Assembly (NCBI GenBank): GCA_030617815.1 | Contig: JAUWUS010000002.1 | Span: forward strand, 2,867-66,866 | From: Gammaproteobacteria bacterium | Lineage (GTDB): Bacteria > Pseudomonadota > Gammaproteobacteria > UBA6429 > Thiohalophilaceae | Length of the DNA stretch: 64,000 nucleotides | Direction of reading: 5' to 3' | Part shown: positions 49,892 through 60,961 of the stretch, in pieces | Layout: the number at the start of each line of letters is the position of its first letter | How positions within the stretch are numbered: position 1 is the first letter of the stretch | The notes under the pieces: generated by a model | The model's database searches: none | Told to the model about the DNA's origin: nothing | Seen by the model: the letters and a program-made list of their open reading frames with translations, nothing else | Made by a program: the position numbers and the translations under genes

Positions 49892-49964
49892 CTGAATCAA
49901 CTTGCACGCGTGCCAGTTCTGCTAGACACAAAAAAAGCGTTACCCTTATTGAGCAACGCTTTTC
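49892..49964 (-). terminator. Copy 2 of the repeat, which likely acts as the tRNA-Leu terminator
   Basis: The minus strand reads agcgttgctcaataagggtaacgct followed by ttttttt, immediately 3' of the tRNA. Confidence 0.7.
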
Positions 49965-49970
49965 TAGTTT

Positions 49971-50055
49971 TGGTGCCGATGGCCAGACTCGAACTGGCAC
50001 GGGTCTCCCCACTACCCCCTCAAGGTAGCGCGTCTACCAATTTCACCACATCGGC
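49971..50055 (-). tRNA. leuU: tRNA-Leu (anticodon GAG)
   Basis: The reverse complement GCCGATGTGGTGAAATTGGTAGACGCGCTACCTTGAGGGGGTAGTGGGGAGACCCGTGCCAGTTCGAGTCTGGCCATCGGCACCA folds as a class II tRNA. It has a 7-bp acceptor stem, anticodon stem CTACC/GGTAG with loop TTGAGGG, a long variable arm and an encoded CCA. It lies directly after secG, as in E. coli. Confidence 0.95.
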
Positions 50056-50073
50056 TAAAGTTTTTTATAATAC

Positions 50074-50415
50074 CTAGTCTGATACCGGTACGTCTGATGT
50101 CGATTTTGCAGGCTTACTTTCCGCTGCAGGAACATCCGCTTTTTGTTCAATTACTGTATCAACAACACTGGTTGGTTTAATTTTCTGTGTTGATATATAA
50201 GCAAGTGATAAGCTTGTTATAAAGAAGATAGTTGCCAGTACGCCTGTTGCACGCGTCAGAAAAGAACCTGAACCCTGACTACCAAATACCGTTGAAGATG
50301 CACCGCCACCAAACGCAGCACCGGCATCGGCACCTTTACCTTGTTGTATTAATACCAGGCCAATGACACTTATAGCAACAAGAAGATGAATAATGAGCAG
50401 AATGTTATGTAACAT
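50074..50415 (-). CDS. secG: Preprotein translocase subunit SecG
   Basis: 113 aa with two TMs, a glycine-rich loop [21 protein letters not shown], and a position between tpiA and tRNA-Leu. Confidence 0.93.
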   Translation of the reverse strand: MLHNILLIIHLLVAISVIGLVLIQQGKGADAGAAFGGGASSTVFGSQGSGSFLTRATGVLATIFFITSLSLAYISTQKIKPTSVVDTVIEQKADVPAAESKPAKSTSDVPVSD

Positions 50416-50440
50416 ATTTTTTAAACTCTTAAATTGTAAA

Positions 50441-51193
50441 TTAACCTGCAGCTTTGCAGATTGCCAAAAAGTCTTCGGCTTTTAATGATGCGCCACCGAT
50501 TAAACCACCATCAATGTCGTCCATTGCTAATAATTCAGCCGCATTACCGGCATTCATGCTGCCACCGTATTGAATGCGTACTTTTTCAGCCACTGCTGCA
50601 TCTTTATCTGCAATCAGTTTACGAATGGCTGCATGTGTTTCCTGTGCCTGTTCTGGTGTTGCTGTTACACCCGTGCCGATTGCCCAGATTGGTTCATAAG
50701 CAATCACACCATCAACCAATGCTTCGATACCGCTACGGTCAATCACTGCATTAATCTGACGAGCACAAACATCGGTTGTTACGCCGCTTTCGCGCTCTTC
50801 CAGGCTTTCGCCAATACATAAAATAGGTTTTAAACCTGCTTTACGTGCTACTTCAAATTTTTCAGCCACTAACTGATCCGTATCGCCATATAAAGTACGA
50901 CGTTCGGAATGACCAACAATGACGTATTCAGATTTAAAATCCAGCAACATATCGGCTGAAATTTCACCGGTGAAAGCACCTTTGGCTTCTGTGCTGAGGT
51001 TTTGGCCGCCCCATGCCACTTTAGAACCAGATAGCTGTTCTGACACGTCAGCAAGATAAATTGCAGGAGCGCAAACAACCACTTCGGCTGATTTTACGTC
51101 ACCCATACCGGCTTTAATGCCTTCCAGTAATTCTTTAATACTTGAACGTGAACCGTTCATTTTCCAGTTACCGGCAATTATCGGTGTACGCAT
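50441..51193 (-). CDS. tpiA: Triose-phosphate isomerase
   Basis: [15 protein letters not shown] and [11 protein letters not shown] motifs. Confidence 0.97.
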   Translation of the reverse strand: MRTPIIAGNWKMNGSRSSIKELLEGIKAGMGDVKSAEVVVCAPAIYLADVSEQLSGSKVAWGGQNLSTEAKGAFTGEISADMLLDFKSEYVIVGHSERRTLYGDTDQLVAEKFEVARKAGLKPILCIGESLEERESGVTTDVCARQINAVIDRSGIEALVDGVIAYEPIWAIGTGVTATPEQAQETHAAIRKLIADKDAAVAEKVRIQYGGSMNAGNAAELLAMDDIDGGLIGGASLKAEDFLAICKAAG

Positions 51194-51320
51194 GGACTTT
51201 ATCCCCTAAATTCTATGTCGAAATCTGTTGTTTTTCTAACGCGAAATAGCGGCGAATATTAACGTCGAAATGGCAATAAATCAAGGTAAACAGGCTGTTT
51301 CTGAGGTTTATATGAGGTTA

Positions 51321-52658
51321 TCAGGCAGCTGCATTTTTGACAACATCCGCCAGTTTTTGCGCCACGGATTCGACCAGCTTTTGCTCTTGTCCTTCTACCA
51401 TCACCCGAATTAAGGGTTCCGTACCTGATGGACGTAATAAAATGCGCCCGGTATCGGCTAATTCAGCTTCGGCCGCACGCAAAGCGGCCTGAATTTCAGA
51501 GTGATTGTTCAAATCGGGCTTTTCTGCAACACGAACATTAATGAGCAACATCGGGTATTTTTGCATCCCCGCTGCAAGTTCTTGCAGGCTTTGACCCTGG
51601 CCAATAACGGCGGCTAAAACCTGTAACGAGGCAACAATGCCATCCCCTGTTGTTGTTTGATCCAGGCAAATTAAATGACCGGATGATTCCCCGCCCAGGC
51701 GCCAGTTTTTATCCAATAACTGCTCCATAACATATCGATCACCGACACCAGCACGGCTAAACGGTATTTCATGTTCTTTAAAAGCATGTTCCAGTCCAAG
51801 GTTAGTCATTAGTGTGCCAACAACGCCACCCTTTAATGCACCTCTGGCATACAAAGCCATTGCAATAACATAAAGTAACTGGTCGCCATCAACTAATTCA
51901 CCCTCATGATCAACCATAATAAGTCGGTCACCATCGCCATCAAAAGCAATGCCCAGATCTGCTTTTTCTTCGACAACCGCTTTTTGTAAATTTTCAGGCT
52001 GGGTTGAACCAAAACCATTATTAATATTTAAACCATCTGGCGAAATACCGATAGTAATAACCTCTGCACCAAGCTCTTCAAATACTTTTGGAGCAACCTG
52101 ATAAGTTGCACCATTAGCGCAATCAATAACAATTTTTAAATTATTTAAATTGAATGTGCGAGGAAATGTGCTTTTACAAAATTCAATATAACGACCTTGT
52201 GCATCCTCAAGTCGACTTGCTTTACCTAAAGATTCGGATTTGTTGCAAACAATATTTTTATTTAGTTCAGCTTCGATGGCATGTTCAACATCATCCGCAA
52301 GTTTTGTACCTTCTGCTGAAAAAAACTTAATTCCATTATCAGCAAAAGGATTATGTGAAGCACTGATCACAATACCTGCTTTTGCATGTAACGTTTGCGT
52401 AAGATAGGCAATTGCAGGAGTCGGCATTGGTCCAAGCAATTGCACATCGATACCCGCTGCTGATAAACCCGCTTCTAATGCGGATTCAATTAAATAACCT
52501 GATATCCGGGTATCTTTGCCAATAAGAATAGTACCGCCTGATTTACCACCTAATATGCGCCCCGCTGCCCAGCCTAATTTAAGCATAAAGTCTGGTGTAA
52601 TAGGATGAGTGCCAACGGTGCCACGTATACCATCTGTACCAAAAAATTGTTTTGTCAT
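51321..52658 (-). CDS. glmM: Phosphoglucosamine mutase
   Basis: FGTDGIRG and the phosphoserine loop [14 protein letters not shown]. Confidence 0.97.
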   Translation of the reverse strand: MTKQFFGTDGIRGTVGTHPITPDFMLKLGWAAGRILGGKSGGTILIGKDTRISGYLIESALEAGLSAAGIDVQLLGPMPTPAIAYLTQTLHAKAGIVISASHNPFADNGIKFFSAEGTKLADDVEHAIEAELNKNIVCNKSESLGKASRLEDAQGRYIEFCKSTFPRTFNLNNLKIVIDCANGATYQVAPKVFEELGAEVITIGISPDGLNINNGFGSTQPENLQKAVVEEKADLGIAFDGDGDRLIMVDHEGELVDGDQLLYVIAMALYARGALKGGVVGTLMTNLGLEHAFKEHEIPFSRAGVGDRYVMEQLLDKNWRLGGESSGHLICLDQTTTGDGIVASLQVLAAVIGQGQSLQELAAGMQKYPMLLINVRVAEKPDLNNHSEIQAALRAAEAELADTGRILLRPSGTEPLIRVMVEGQEQKLVESVAQKLADVVKNAAA

Positions 52659-52688
52659 AATTCTTCCAAGGTGAATTAATATTTCAGG

Positions 52689-53522
52689 CTATTCGGCTTC
52701 TTTAACCGCCTGACATAACTTTAAACTATCTGCTGTTGCTTTTACATCATGTACGCGAAGTATATTTGTATTCATCCACGCAGCTAATGTTGCCAGGGCA
52801 ACACTACCATATAAACGTTCATCTGCTGGCGCATTATTCAGTACATGTCCAACCATGCTTTTACGTGACACCCCAACCAGTAAAGGACAATCTAAATCTG
52901 CAAACTCATCAAGATGTTTAAATAAACTTAAATTATGTTCGAGTGTTTTGCCAAAACCAAACCCGGGATCGATAACAATATTTTCATGCTTTATGCCTGC
53001 GTTTACACAAACATCTATTCGTTGTTTAAGAAAGTCTTTTACTTCCTGCACAACATTTTTATACGAAGGTGTGTGTTGCATCGTACGCGGTAAACCTTGC
53101 ATGTGCATAATACAAACAGGCACATTAAGTTTTGCCACAAGTTCAACCGCACCTTCTGCTCTTAAAGCATTCACATCATTAATCATTGATGCTCCCGCTG
53201 TAATCGCTTGCTGCATGACTTCTGGTTTACTAGTGTCAATTGAAACAGGAATGTCTGATATTTCTCTTATTGCCTGTATAACAGGAATGACCCGTTGACA
53301 TTCTTCATCAACTGAAATTTCGCTAGCACCCGGTCGTGTAGATTCGCCCCCGACATCAATGATCTGAGCTCCATCACTGATCATCTGCGTAACATGTTTT
53401 AAGGCGCTGTCTTTATTTACGAACAAACCACCATCAGAAAATGAGTCAGGAGTTAAATTTAAAATACCCATAATACAAGGTTGGTTTAAATCTATAGTTA
53501 GAGAAGTAAAATGTAATTTCAT
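52689..53522 (-). CDS. folP: Dihydropteroate synthase
   Basis: GILNLTPDSFSDGG and DVGGESTRPG motifs. Confidence 0.96.
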   Translation of the reverse strand: MKLHFTSLTIDLNQPCIMGILNLTPDSFSDGGLFVNKDSALKHVTQMISDGAQIIDVGGESTRPGASEISVDEECQRVIPVIQAIREISDIPVSIDTSKPEVMQQAITAGASMINDVNALRAEGAVELVAKLNVPVCIMHMQGLPRTMQHTPSYKNVVQEVKDFLKQRIDVCVNAGIKHENIVIDPGFGFGKTLEHNLSLFKHLDEFADLDCPLLVGVSRKSMVGHVLNNAPADERLYGSVALATLAAWMNTNILRVHDVKATADSLKLCQAVKEAE

Positions 53523-53538
53523 TTAATAAATGTTAGGT

Positions 53539-53566
53539 AAAAAAATGCCCCACATATGTGAGGCAC
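53539..53566 (-). terminator. Hairpin plus T-run after ftsH (probably partial, since folP follows)
   Basis: The minus strand reads tgcctca-catatg-tggggca followed by ttttttt. Confidence 0.6.
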
Positions 53567-53581
53567 TGAATTAATTAACTT

Positions 53582-55513
53582 TTAGTGTTCCCCTGCCGGC
53601 CCACCAATTTTACTATCGGATGAAGGTTTATTTTCTTCAGCAGGTTCTGTAGTATTTTTATTTTCACTACTGCCACTTGAAGCTGAACTGTCATCCCAGC
53701 CTTTAGGTGGTTTCGGTTCTTTACCGTTCATAAGAGCAGCAATTTGATCTTTGTCGATGGTTTCGTATTTCATTAAGGCATCCGACATGGTATGAAGAAT
53801 ATCGATATTCTCTTTTAGAATTTTTTCTGCTCGATCATAATTTCGATCAACAATGTTACGTATTTCTTCATCAATCACATGTGCCGTTTCATCAGAAAGA
53901 CTTTTATGCTGAGTAACAGATCGTCCCAGGAACACTTCACCTTCTTCTTCACCAAATACCATTGGACCTAATTTTTCTGATAAACCCCATTGCGTAACCA
54001 TGTTGTGTGCAAGTTCAGTGGTACGTTGAATATCATTCGAGGCACCTGTTGTGACTTTATCTGCACCAAATATAAGTTCTTCTGCAATACGTCCGCCAAA
54101 CAGGCTGGAAATCTGACTTTCCAGTCTTTCTTTACTATAGCTGTAACGATCTGCTTCGGGTAAAAACATGGTGACACCTAAAGCACGACCTCGAGGAATG
54201 ATTGATACTTTATAAACGGGATCATGCGAGGGAACTTTTAAACCAACAATCGCGTGGCCGGCTTCATGGTAAGCAGTGAGTTTTTTCTCGTCTTCACTCA
54301 TCACCATCGATCGACGCTCAGCACCCATCATAATTTTATCTTTGGCTTTATCAAACTCGCTCATTTCAACTAAACGTTTATTAAAACGTGCAGCAAACAA
54401 AGCGGCTTCATTAATCAGATTAGCGAGATCGGCACCTGAAAAACCGGGGGTGCCACGTGCAATAACTTTTGCGTCAACATCATCACCCATCGGTACTTTA
54501 CGCATGTGTACTTTCAATATTTGTTCACGTCCCAGCATATCGGGTAATGGTACAACCACCTGACGGTCAAAACGACCAGGACGAAGTAATGCAGGATCGA
54601 GTACATCGGGACGATTAGTTGCCGCGATAACAATGACACCTTCATTACCTTCAAAACCATCCATTTCAACCAGTAACTGGTTTAAAGTTTGTTCACGTTC
54701 ATCATGTCCACCACCTAAACCGGCGCCACGATGACGACCAACAGCATCAATTTCATCAATAAAGATAATACATGGCGCATTTTTCTTTGCTTGCTCAAAC
54801 ATGTCGCGGACACGTGAGGCACCCACACCCACAAACATTTCAACAAAGTCAGAACCTGAGATAGTATAAAAAGGAACTTTTGCTTCACCGGCAATCGCTT
54901 TAGCCAGTAATGTTTTACCTGTGCCCGGCGCGCCTACCATCAAAACGCCCTGGGGAATTTTTCCACCCAGTTTTTGGAATTTACCCGGGTCACGTAAGAA
55001 TTCCACCAGCTCGCCGACTTCTTCTTTGGCTTCATCGACACCGGCAACATCATTAAAATTAATTTTAATTTGATCTTCGCTTAATAAACGCGCTTTGCTT
55101 TTACCAAAAGACATCGCACCGCCTTTGCCACCACCTTGCATCTGACGCATGAAATAGAGCCAAATACCAATGATGATTAAAAACGGGAATGAAGAAATAA
55201 ATATTTGCATCCAGATAGACTGTTCAAGTGGTTTGGCTTTAATAACAACTCCACTTTCCAGCAAGTCACCAATCATCGCTTTATTGTCCGTTTCCGGACT
55301 ATAGGTGCTAAATTTTGTACCACCCTGCAATGTGCCGGTAATAACACGATTCTTCAACAATACATCTGTCACTTGCTGTGACTTGATGCTTTTAATGAAT
55401 TCAGAATAACTAATTTCCTGAACCTTATTGGGGTTTGTCATGTTACTAAAAACAGACATTAAAATAACCGCAACAACTACCCATAAAATGATGTTTTTAA
55501 CTAAATCGTTCAA
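53582..55513 (-). CDS. ftsH: ATP-dependent zinc metalloprotease FtsH
   Basis: Two TMs, AAA+ Walker A GAPGTGKT, Walker [12 protein letters not shown], and zinc motif HEAGHA. Confidence 0.98.
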   Translation of the reverse strand: MNDLVKNIILWVVVAVILMSVFSNMTNPNKVQEISYSEFIKSIKSQQVTDVLLKNRVITGTLQGGTKFSTYSPETDNKAMIGDLLESGVVIKAKPLEQSIWMQIFISSFPFLIIIGIWLYFMRQMQGGGKGGAMSFGKSKARLLSEDQIKINFNDVAGVDEAKEEVGELVEFLRDPGKFQKLGGKIPQGVLMVGAPGTGKTLLAKAIAGEAKVPFYTISGSDFVEMFVGVGASRVRDMFEQAKKNAPCIIFIDEIDAVGRHRGAGLGGGHDEREQTLNQLLVEMDGFEGNEGVIVIAATNRPDVLDPALLRPGRFDRQVVVPLPDMLGREQILKVHMRKVPMGDDVDAKVIARGTPGFSGADLANLINEAALFAARFNKRLVEMSEFDKAKDKIMMGAERRSMVMSEDEKKLTAYHEAGHAIVGLKVPSHDPVYKVSIIPRGRALGVTMFLPEADRYSYSKERLESQISSLFGGRIAEELIFGADKVTTGASNDIQRTTELAHNMVTQWGLSEKLGPMVFGEEEGEVFLGRSVTQHKSLSDETAHVIDEEIRNIVDRNYDRAEKILKENIDILHTMSDALMKYETIDKDQIAALMNGKEPKPPKGWDDSSASSGSSENKNTTEPAEENKPSSDSKIGGPAGEH

Positions 55514-55561
55514 TGTTTTCCTACCTTAAATCGTGCCTGTGAAATTCAAATCAGGTTAATC

Positions 55562-56185
55562 TTATCGTTTCTTAAACTGCTTCGCCAATAAATAAATTTC
55601 TGAGGATCGCGCCCTCGATGCTTTTGGCTTACGCACTGTAATTTTAGCAAAATGCTGGCGTAATTCCTTCTTATATTCATCTATTCCTGTACCGGTAAAA
55701 ACCTTAGTTAAAAAGGTGCCTCCCGGTTTAAGGACGTTTATTGCAAATTCCAGCGCTAATTCCGCCAGATACATCATTTTCGGCTGATCAACCGCTTTCA
55801 TTCCACTAATATTGGGCGCCATATCGGAAATTACAAGGTCTACCCATTTTCCATCCAATTCTTTGATAAGTGCATCATAAACTGCTTGCTCAGTGAAATC
55901 CCCCTCAATAAAAGTCACATCACCTAAAGCATCCATTGGCAGAATGTCTAACGCAAAAATACGGCCAGAATCACCTACCCGCTTACTCAAAAGCTCACTC
56001 CAACTACCCGGTGCAGCCCCTAAATCGACCACCGCCATGCCTGGTTTAAGCAGACGATCCTTATCATCCATTTCTATGAGTTTGTAAACGGCACGGGAAC
56101 GATAACCTTCTTTTTGTGCTTTTTTTACAAATTCATCATTAAAATGCTCTGTTAACCATTTATTGCTGGTTTTTGATCTGGCCAT
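55562..56185 (-). CDS. rlmE: 23S rRNA 2'-O-ribose U2552 methyltransferase RlmE (FtsJ)
   Basis: WL.EHFND.FV..A...GYRSRA.YKL and DLGAAPG motifs. Confidence 0.95.
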   Translation of the reverse strand: MARSKTSNKWLTEHFNDEFVKKAQKEGYRSRAVYKLIEMDDKDRLLKPGMAVVDLGAAPGSWSELLSKRVGDSGRIFALDILPMDALGDVTFIEGDFTEQAVYDALIKELDGKWVDLVISDMAPNISGMKAVDQPKMMYLAELALEFAINVLKPGGTFLTKVFTGTGIDEYKKELRQHFAKITVRKPKASRARSSEIYLLAKQFKKR

Positions 56186-56296
56186 ATCTTGTTTCGCAGT
56201 ATTCTCTGTATCGGATTATATTGATTATACGTGATTTATCTGTGTCAGCACGGTAGAATGCACGCCCTTCGGCATTCCAACTATTGGATTTTCAGC

Positions 56297-56590
56297 ATGA
56301 CTATTACAAACAAACAAATTAAATTCTTACGTGAAAAATGTCACCATATTAAACCTGTTGTTACAGTGGGTAACGCGGGATTAACCGAGAATGTTATGTC
56401 CGAGGTTGAACTAGCGCTAAGCTGCCATGAATTAATTAAAATGAAAATTAATGGCGACAGTGCTGAACGTAAAAACATGATTAATAAAATTGTTGCCGAT
56501 ACAACAGCAGTATTAGTTCAAACCATTGGTCATACCGCGAGTTTTTATCGTCAAGCGGATGAGCCGATCATCAAATTACCAAACGTATAA
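56297..56590 (+). CDS. yhbY: Ribosome assembly RNA-binding protein YhbY (CRM domain)
   Basis: MTITNKQIKFLREKCHHIKPVVTVGNAGLT matches the YhbY N-terminus. The upstream 22 codons of the longer ORF (from 56231) are not homologous. Confidence 0.88.
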   Translation: MTITNKQIKFLREKCHHIKPVVTVGNAGLTENVMSEVELALSCHELIKMKINGDSAERKNMINKIVADTTAVLVQTIGHTASFYRQADEPIIKLPNV

Positions 56591-56593
56591 CCC

Positions 56594-56704
56594 GTAGGTC
56601 GGCCTTCAGGCCGACGCAATGGTAAGCTAATAATAGAAACCTGATTGTTAACAACTAATTTATTAGATGTTTTAATATTAGCGTTGGCCTGAAGGCCAAC
56701 CTAC
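56594..56704. repeat. REPIN-like doublet: two inverted REP hairpins separated by a 63-bp AT-rich spacer
   Basis: gtaggtcggccttcaggccgacgc (56594-56617) and gcgttggcctgaaggccaacctac (56681-56704). Each arm is itself a hairpin. The two arms differ by a compensatory pair (C/G versus T/A). Confidence 0.85.
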
Positions 56705-57132
56705 AACTTTCGTTCTAAACCCGATACCACCAACGCTAAACCGGCAAGGCTGTTCATTAAAAACAGTACTGAAGCTACGCCGTGCAAACGGTCAAACTGA
56801 CTTCTATTTTCTTCCGTTAAACCCAGCGCTTTTAATTCCGCCATCATCGGTTGTAAAACAAACTGACCAATAATAATAACAAGCAACATAATTATTAATG
56901 TCCATAACTGCCAGTGCCGTAAACTAAAACCTTGCTGTACTAAAATATTAATAATTAAAGCGACAGCAGAAAATATCCCGATATAACTCACAATACTAAA
57001 TAATTGCCCGGCAATATTTCCCGCAACCGGTTTATCTAACATTTGAAATAACACGGGAGCAACAATATAGCCAATAGCCCACATGCCACCGACCCATATT
57101 GTTAAAAGAATTTTTTCGCTTATTTGATACAC
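56701..57132 (-). CDS. DUF4149 domain membrane protein (TMEM205-like)
   Basis: 143 aa with 4 TMs. The assignment is by overall pattern only. Confidence 0.5.
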   Translation of the reverse strand: MYQISEKILLTIWVGGMWAIGYIVAPVLFQMLDKPVAGNIAGQLFSIVSYIGIFSAVALIINILVQQGFSLRHWQLWTLIIMLLVIIIGQFVLQPMMAELKALGLTEENRSQFDRLHGVASVLFLMNSLAGLALVVSGLERKL

Positions 57133-57138
57133 TTTTTC

Positions 57139-57249
57139 ACCACAGAGGTCTCAGGGGTTCACAGAGGAAAATTTTTATTTATGTACAGCAGAATAATATT
57201 TTATAAAAAACTAAAAATAAATCTCTGTGTACCTCTGTGTCCTCTGTGG
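57139..57249. repeat. Inverted repeat built from iterated CACAGAGG-like units around an AT-rich spacer
   Basis: The left arm is accacagaggtctcaggggttcacagagg (57139-57168). The right arm is tctctgtgtacctctgtgtcctctgtggt (57222-57249), with three 9-10-nt units per arm. Confidence 0.8.
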
Positions 57250-57256
57250 TTTAAAA

Positions 57257-57742
57257 TTACTTATACGTTACAGAAACGATTTCATATTCACGATCACCAC
57301 CTGGTGCATTTACAACGACTTCATCATCTGCCGACTTGCCGATTAATGCGCGCGCTATTGGTGAGGTAATAGAAATGAGATTTTGTTTGATATCCGCTTC
57401 GAGTTCACCAACAATTTTATACGTTACGTCTTTATCTTCACCAATATCAAACAACTCAACCGTGGCACCAAAAACAATTTTATCACCAACACGATTGCCA
57501 ATCTCAATAACATCAATAATTTCCGCATTGGACAGAGCAGCATCAATTTCTTTAATTCGACCTTCGGCAAAACTTTGTTGTTCACGTGCTGCATGGTATT
57601 CAGCATTTTCTTTTAAATCGCCATGTTCACGCGCAGTCGCAATGGCCTCAACAATACGAGGGCGAATAACCGTTTTTAATTCTTTTAACTCAGCACGTAA
57701 AACTTCTGCGCCGGTTGATGTCATTGGTGGTCGACTCATCAC
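57257..57742 (-). CDS. greA: Transcription elongation factor GreA
   Basis: [18 protein letters not shown]...[30 protein letters not shown] coiled-coil, plus a C-terminal FKBP-like domain. Confidence 0.96.
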   Translation of the reverse strand: MMSRPPMTSTGAEVLRAELKELKTVIRPRIVEAIATAREHGDLKENAEYHAAREQQSFAEGRIKEIDAALSNAEIIDVIEIGNRVGDKIVFGATVELFDIGEDKDVTYKIVGELEADIKQNLISITSPIARALIGKSADDEVVVNAPGGDREYEIVSVTYK

Positions 57743-57749
57743 ATCTCTC

Positions 57750-60700
57750 CTAATGTAAATCTTGTAAGCGAGTCACTTCGCTTAAATCTTTATGTTCTAA
57801 TGCCAAGCAAAGCGCTTCACCACCCGCAAGTGTTGTGGTGTATGTCACCTTGAACTGTAGCGCATTACTACGAATGGTTGCAGAATCAGCAATCGCCTGG
57901 CTACCTTCTGTTGTATTCACAATTAAATTAATCTCTTCATTTTTAATCATATCAACAATATGCGGGCGACCTTCTAATACTTTATTCACGTACTGACATT
58001 TAATGCCGGCTTCTTCAATTACTTTAGCCGTACCATTGGTTGCAACGAGTTCAAAGCCAAGACCAGATAAACTTTTCGCAATATCAACAATACCTGCTTT
58101 ATCCATTTCTTTAACACTTAAGAAAGCTTTACCTGTTTCAGGTAAGACAACGCTTGCACCGAGTTGTGATTTTGCAAATGCTTCAGCAAATGTTTTACCA
58201 ACACCCATGACTTCACCGGTTGATTTCATTTCTGGCCCTAAAGCTGGATCAACACCGGGGAATTTATTAAATGGGAATACAGCTTCTTTTACAGAATAAA
58301 AGTCGGGAACAATTTCTTCTAATGCATTTTGAGACTTTAATGTTTGCCCAACCATACAACGTGCCGCAACTTTTGCTAATGGACGGCCGGTTGCTTTTGA
58401 AACAAACGGTACAGTACGAGATGCACGTGGGTTAACTTCTAAAACGTAAACTTTTTCACCTTGAATAGCGAATTGGGTATTCATTAAACCAACAACATTT
58501 AGTGCTTTTGCCATTTTACGAATTTGATCACGCATTTCATCAAGAACTTTATCTGATAAATCATATGGCGGTAATGAACATGCTGAATCACCTGAGTGAA
58601 TACCTGCTTGCTCAATGTGTTGCATGATGCCGCCGATTAAAACATCTTCACCATCACAAACCGCATCAACATCCACTTCAACTGCATCATTCAAGAAACG
58701 ATCTAATAAAACAGGCGCATCATTAGAAACATCAACTGCTTCGCCCATATAGCGACGCAATTCTTTTTTGTTATAAACGATTTCCATACCACGGCCACCT
58801 AACACATATGATGGACGTACTACTAATGGGTAACCAATTTCTTCTGCTAACGTTGCTGCAGTATCAGCATCACTCGCCGTTCTATTAGGTGGCTGTAATA
58901 AATTATTTTGTTCGATCATCTGCTGGAAGCGTTCGCGATCTTCGGCCAAATCAATTGAGTCTGGTGTTGTACCAATAATTGGCGCACCGGCAGCTTCTAA
59001 AGCACGTGCTAATTTCAACGGCGTTTGTCCACCGTATTGAACGATAACGCCTTTTGGTTTTTCGAGATCAATAAGTTCGATAACATCTTCTAGTGTTAAT
59101 GGCTCAAAGTACAAACGATCCGAGGTATCATAATCAGTTGAAACTGTTTCAGGGTTACAGTTGACCATAATGGTTTCATAACCATCTTCACGCATTGCAA
59201 GTGCAGCATGTACGCAACAGTAATCAAACTCGATACCTTGACCGATACGATTAGGGCCACCGCCTAAGATCATGATTTTATCTTTGTTGGTTGGCGCAGC
59301 TTCGCATTCTTCTTCATAAGTCGAATACATATACGCGGTATTGGTAGCAAATTCTGCTGCACAGGTATCAACACGTTTATAAACTGGACGAACGTTTAAG
59401 TCATGACGGTGTTTACGCAATGCGAGTTCATCGATATTTAATAACTTCGCTAAACGACGATCAGCAAAACCTTTACGCTTTAATTGACGCATACGTTTTT
59501 CGTCTAAAGCTTTTAAGCCTTGCTCTTTAACTTCTTGTTCTAATTTTACGATTTCTTCAATTTGAACTAAGAACCAACGATCGATAAATGATAAGTCAAA
59601 AATTTCATCAACCGTTAAGCCTGCACGGAAACCATCTGCGACATACCATAAACGATGTTCGCGTACTGTTTTGATTTCTTGTTTGATAATGCTTAGTGCA
59701 TTTTCAGAATCTAAATCTATAATTTCATCGAAACCATCAACACCAATTTCTAATCCACGCAATGCTTTTTGTAATGACTCTTGTTGCGTACGCCCCATTG
59801 CCATTACTTCGCCCACAGATTTCATTTGTGTGGTTAAACGATTATCGGCTGTCTTGAATTTTTCAAAAGTGAAACGCGGGATCTTTGTTACAACGTAATC
59901 AATCGTCGGTTCGAATGATGCTGGTGTTGCACCACCGGTAATATCATTTTGTAATTCATCAAGTGTGTAACCAACTGATAACTTTGCCGCAATTTTTGCA
60001 ATTGGGAAACCTGTCGCTTTAGATGCTAATGCTGATGAACGCGATACACGTGGATTCATTTCAATAATGATCATACGACCATCTACTGGATTGATCGCAA
60101 ACTGGACGTTTGAACCACCTGTTTCAACACCAATCTCACGTAATACTGCAAGCGATGCATCACCCATGATTTGATATTCTTTATCCGTTAATGTTTGTGC
60201 CGGTGCAACTGTTATAGAGTCACCTGTATGCACACCCATTGGATCTAAATTTTCGATAGAACAAATAATAATGCAGTTATCGTTTTTATCACGCACCACT
60301 TCCATTTCATATTCTTTCCAGCCAAGAATAGACTCTTCAACTAACAATTCATCTGTTGGAGAAAGATCTAAACCACGTTCGCAAATTTCAATAAACTCTT
60401 CTTTGTTATACGCGATACCACCACCTGAACCACCCATGGTGAATGATGGACGAATAACAGTTGGATAACCCACTTGTGATTGAACTTGGAAAGCTTCTTC
60501 CATGCTATGAGCAACGGCCGCTTTTGGCATATCTAAACCGATCTTCAACATCGCGGTACGGAACTTGTCACGATCTTCTGCTTTATCAATCGCATCGCGA
60601 TCTGCACCGATCATTTCTACATTGTATTCTTCAAGAACTCCTTCGCGATGCAAATCAAGCGCACAATTCAATGCCGTTTGGCCACCCATGGTCGGTAGCA

Positions 60701-60956
60701 CAGCATCCGGACGCTCTTTTTTTATAATTTCTGCAACCGTTTTCCAGAGAATAGGCTCTATATACGTAGCATCAGCCATTTCCGGGTCAGTCATAATCGT
60801 TGCTGGATTAGAGTTTACCAGGATAACGCGGTAACCTTCTTCCTTTAATGCTTTACACGCCTGTGCACCGGAATAATCAAACTCACAGGCCTGACCAATA
60901 ACAATCGGACCGGCACCAATGATGAGGATACTTTTAATGTCTATTCTTTTTGGCAT
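57750..60956 (-). CDS. carB: Carbamoyl-phosphate synthase large subunit
   Basis: 1068 aa, with duplicated ATP-grasp halves and an MGS-like C-terminal domain. Confidence 0.98.
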   Translation of the reverse strand: MPKRIDIKSILIIGAGPIVIGQACEFDYSGAQACKALKEEGYRVILVNSNPATIMTDPEMADATYIEPILWKTVAEIIKKERPDAVLPTMGGQTALNCALDLHREGVLEEYNVEMIGADRDAIDKAEDRDKFRTAMLKIGLDMPKAAVAHSMEEAFQVQSQVGYPTVIRPSFTMGGSGGGIAYNKEEFIEICERGLDLSPTDELLVEESILGWKEYEMEVVRDKNDNCIIICSIENLDPMGVHTGDSITVAPAQTLTDKEYQIMGDASLAVLREIGVETGGSNVQFAINPVDGRMIIIEMNPRVSRSSALASKATGFPIAKIAAKLSVGYTLDELQNDITGGATPASFEPTIDYVVTKIPRFTFEKFKTADNRLTTQMKSVGEVMAMGRTQQESLQKALRGLEIGVDGFDEIIDLDSENALSIIKQEIKTVREHRLWYVADGFRAGLTVDEIFDLSFIDRWFLVQIEEIVKLEQEVKEQGLKALDEKRMRQLKRKGFADRRLAKLLNIDELALRKHRHDLNVRPVYKRVDTCAAEFATNTAYMYSTYEEECEAAPTNKDKIMILGGGPNRIGQGIEFDYCCVHAALAMREDGYETIMVNCNPETVSTDYDTSDRLYFEPLTLEDVIELIDLEKPKGVIVQYGGQTPLKLARALEAAGAPIIGTTPDSIDLAEDRERFQQMIEQNNLLQPPNRTASDADTAATLAEEIGYPLVVRPSYVLGGRGMEIVYNKKELRRYMGEAVDVSNDAPVLLDRFLNDAVEVDVDAVCDGEDVLIGGIMQHIEQAGIHSGDSACSLPPYDLSDKVLDEMRDQIRKMAKALNVVGLMNTQFAIQGEKVYVLEVNPRASRTVPFVSKATGRPLAKVAARCMVGQTLKSQNALEEIVPDFYSVKEAVFPFNKFPGVDPALGPEMKSTGEVMGVGKTFAEAFAKSQLGASVVLPETGKAFLSVKEMDKAGIVDIAKSLSGLGFELVATNGTAKVIEEAGIKCQYVNKVLEGRPHIVDMIKNEEINLIVNTTEGSQAIADSATIRSNALQFKVTYTTTLAGGEALCLALEHKDLSEVTRLQDLH

Positions 60957-60961
60957 AGTGG

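Noticed and set aside
46608-49970. Integrated prophage or integrative element at tRNA-Leu.
   Set aside because: There is no integrase, excisionase or phage-like gene. The tRNA-derived fragment is inverted rather than a direct att-type repeat, and no matching repeat is seen at the distal end near 46608. I kept it only as a possible small acquired islet.
49874-50077. 67-aa plus-strand ORF spanning the tRNA-Leu gene.
   Set aside because: It is the antisense read-through of a well-folding tRNA plus its terminator repeat, and is not coding.
57139-57249. Possible miniature CRISPR array, suggested by repeated CACAGAGG units.
   Set aside because: The units are only 9-10 nt and directly abut one another without spacers. 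They are arranged as an inverted repeat, and no cas genes are in the window.
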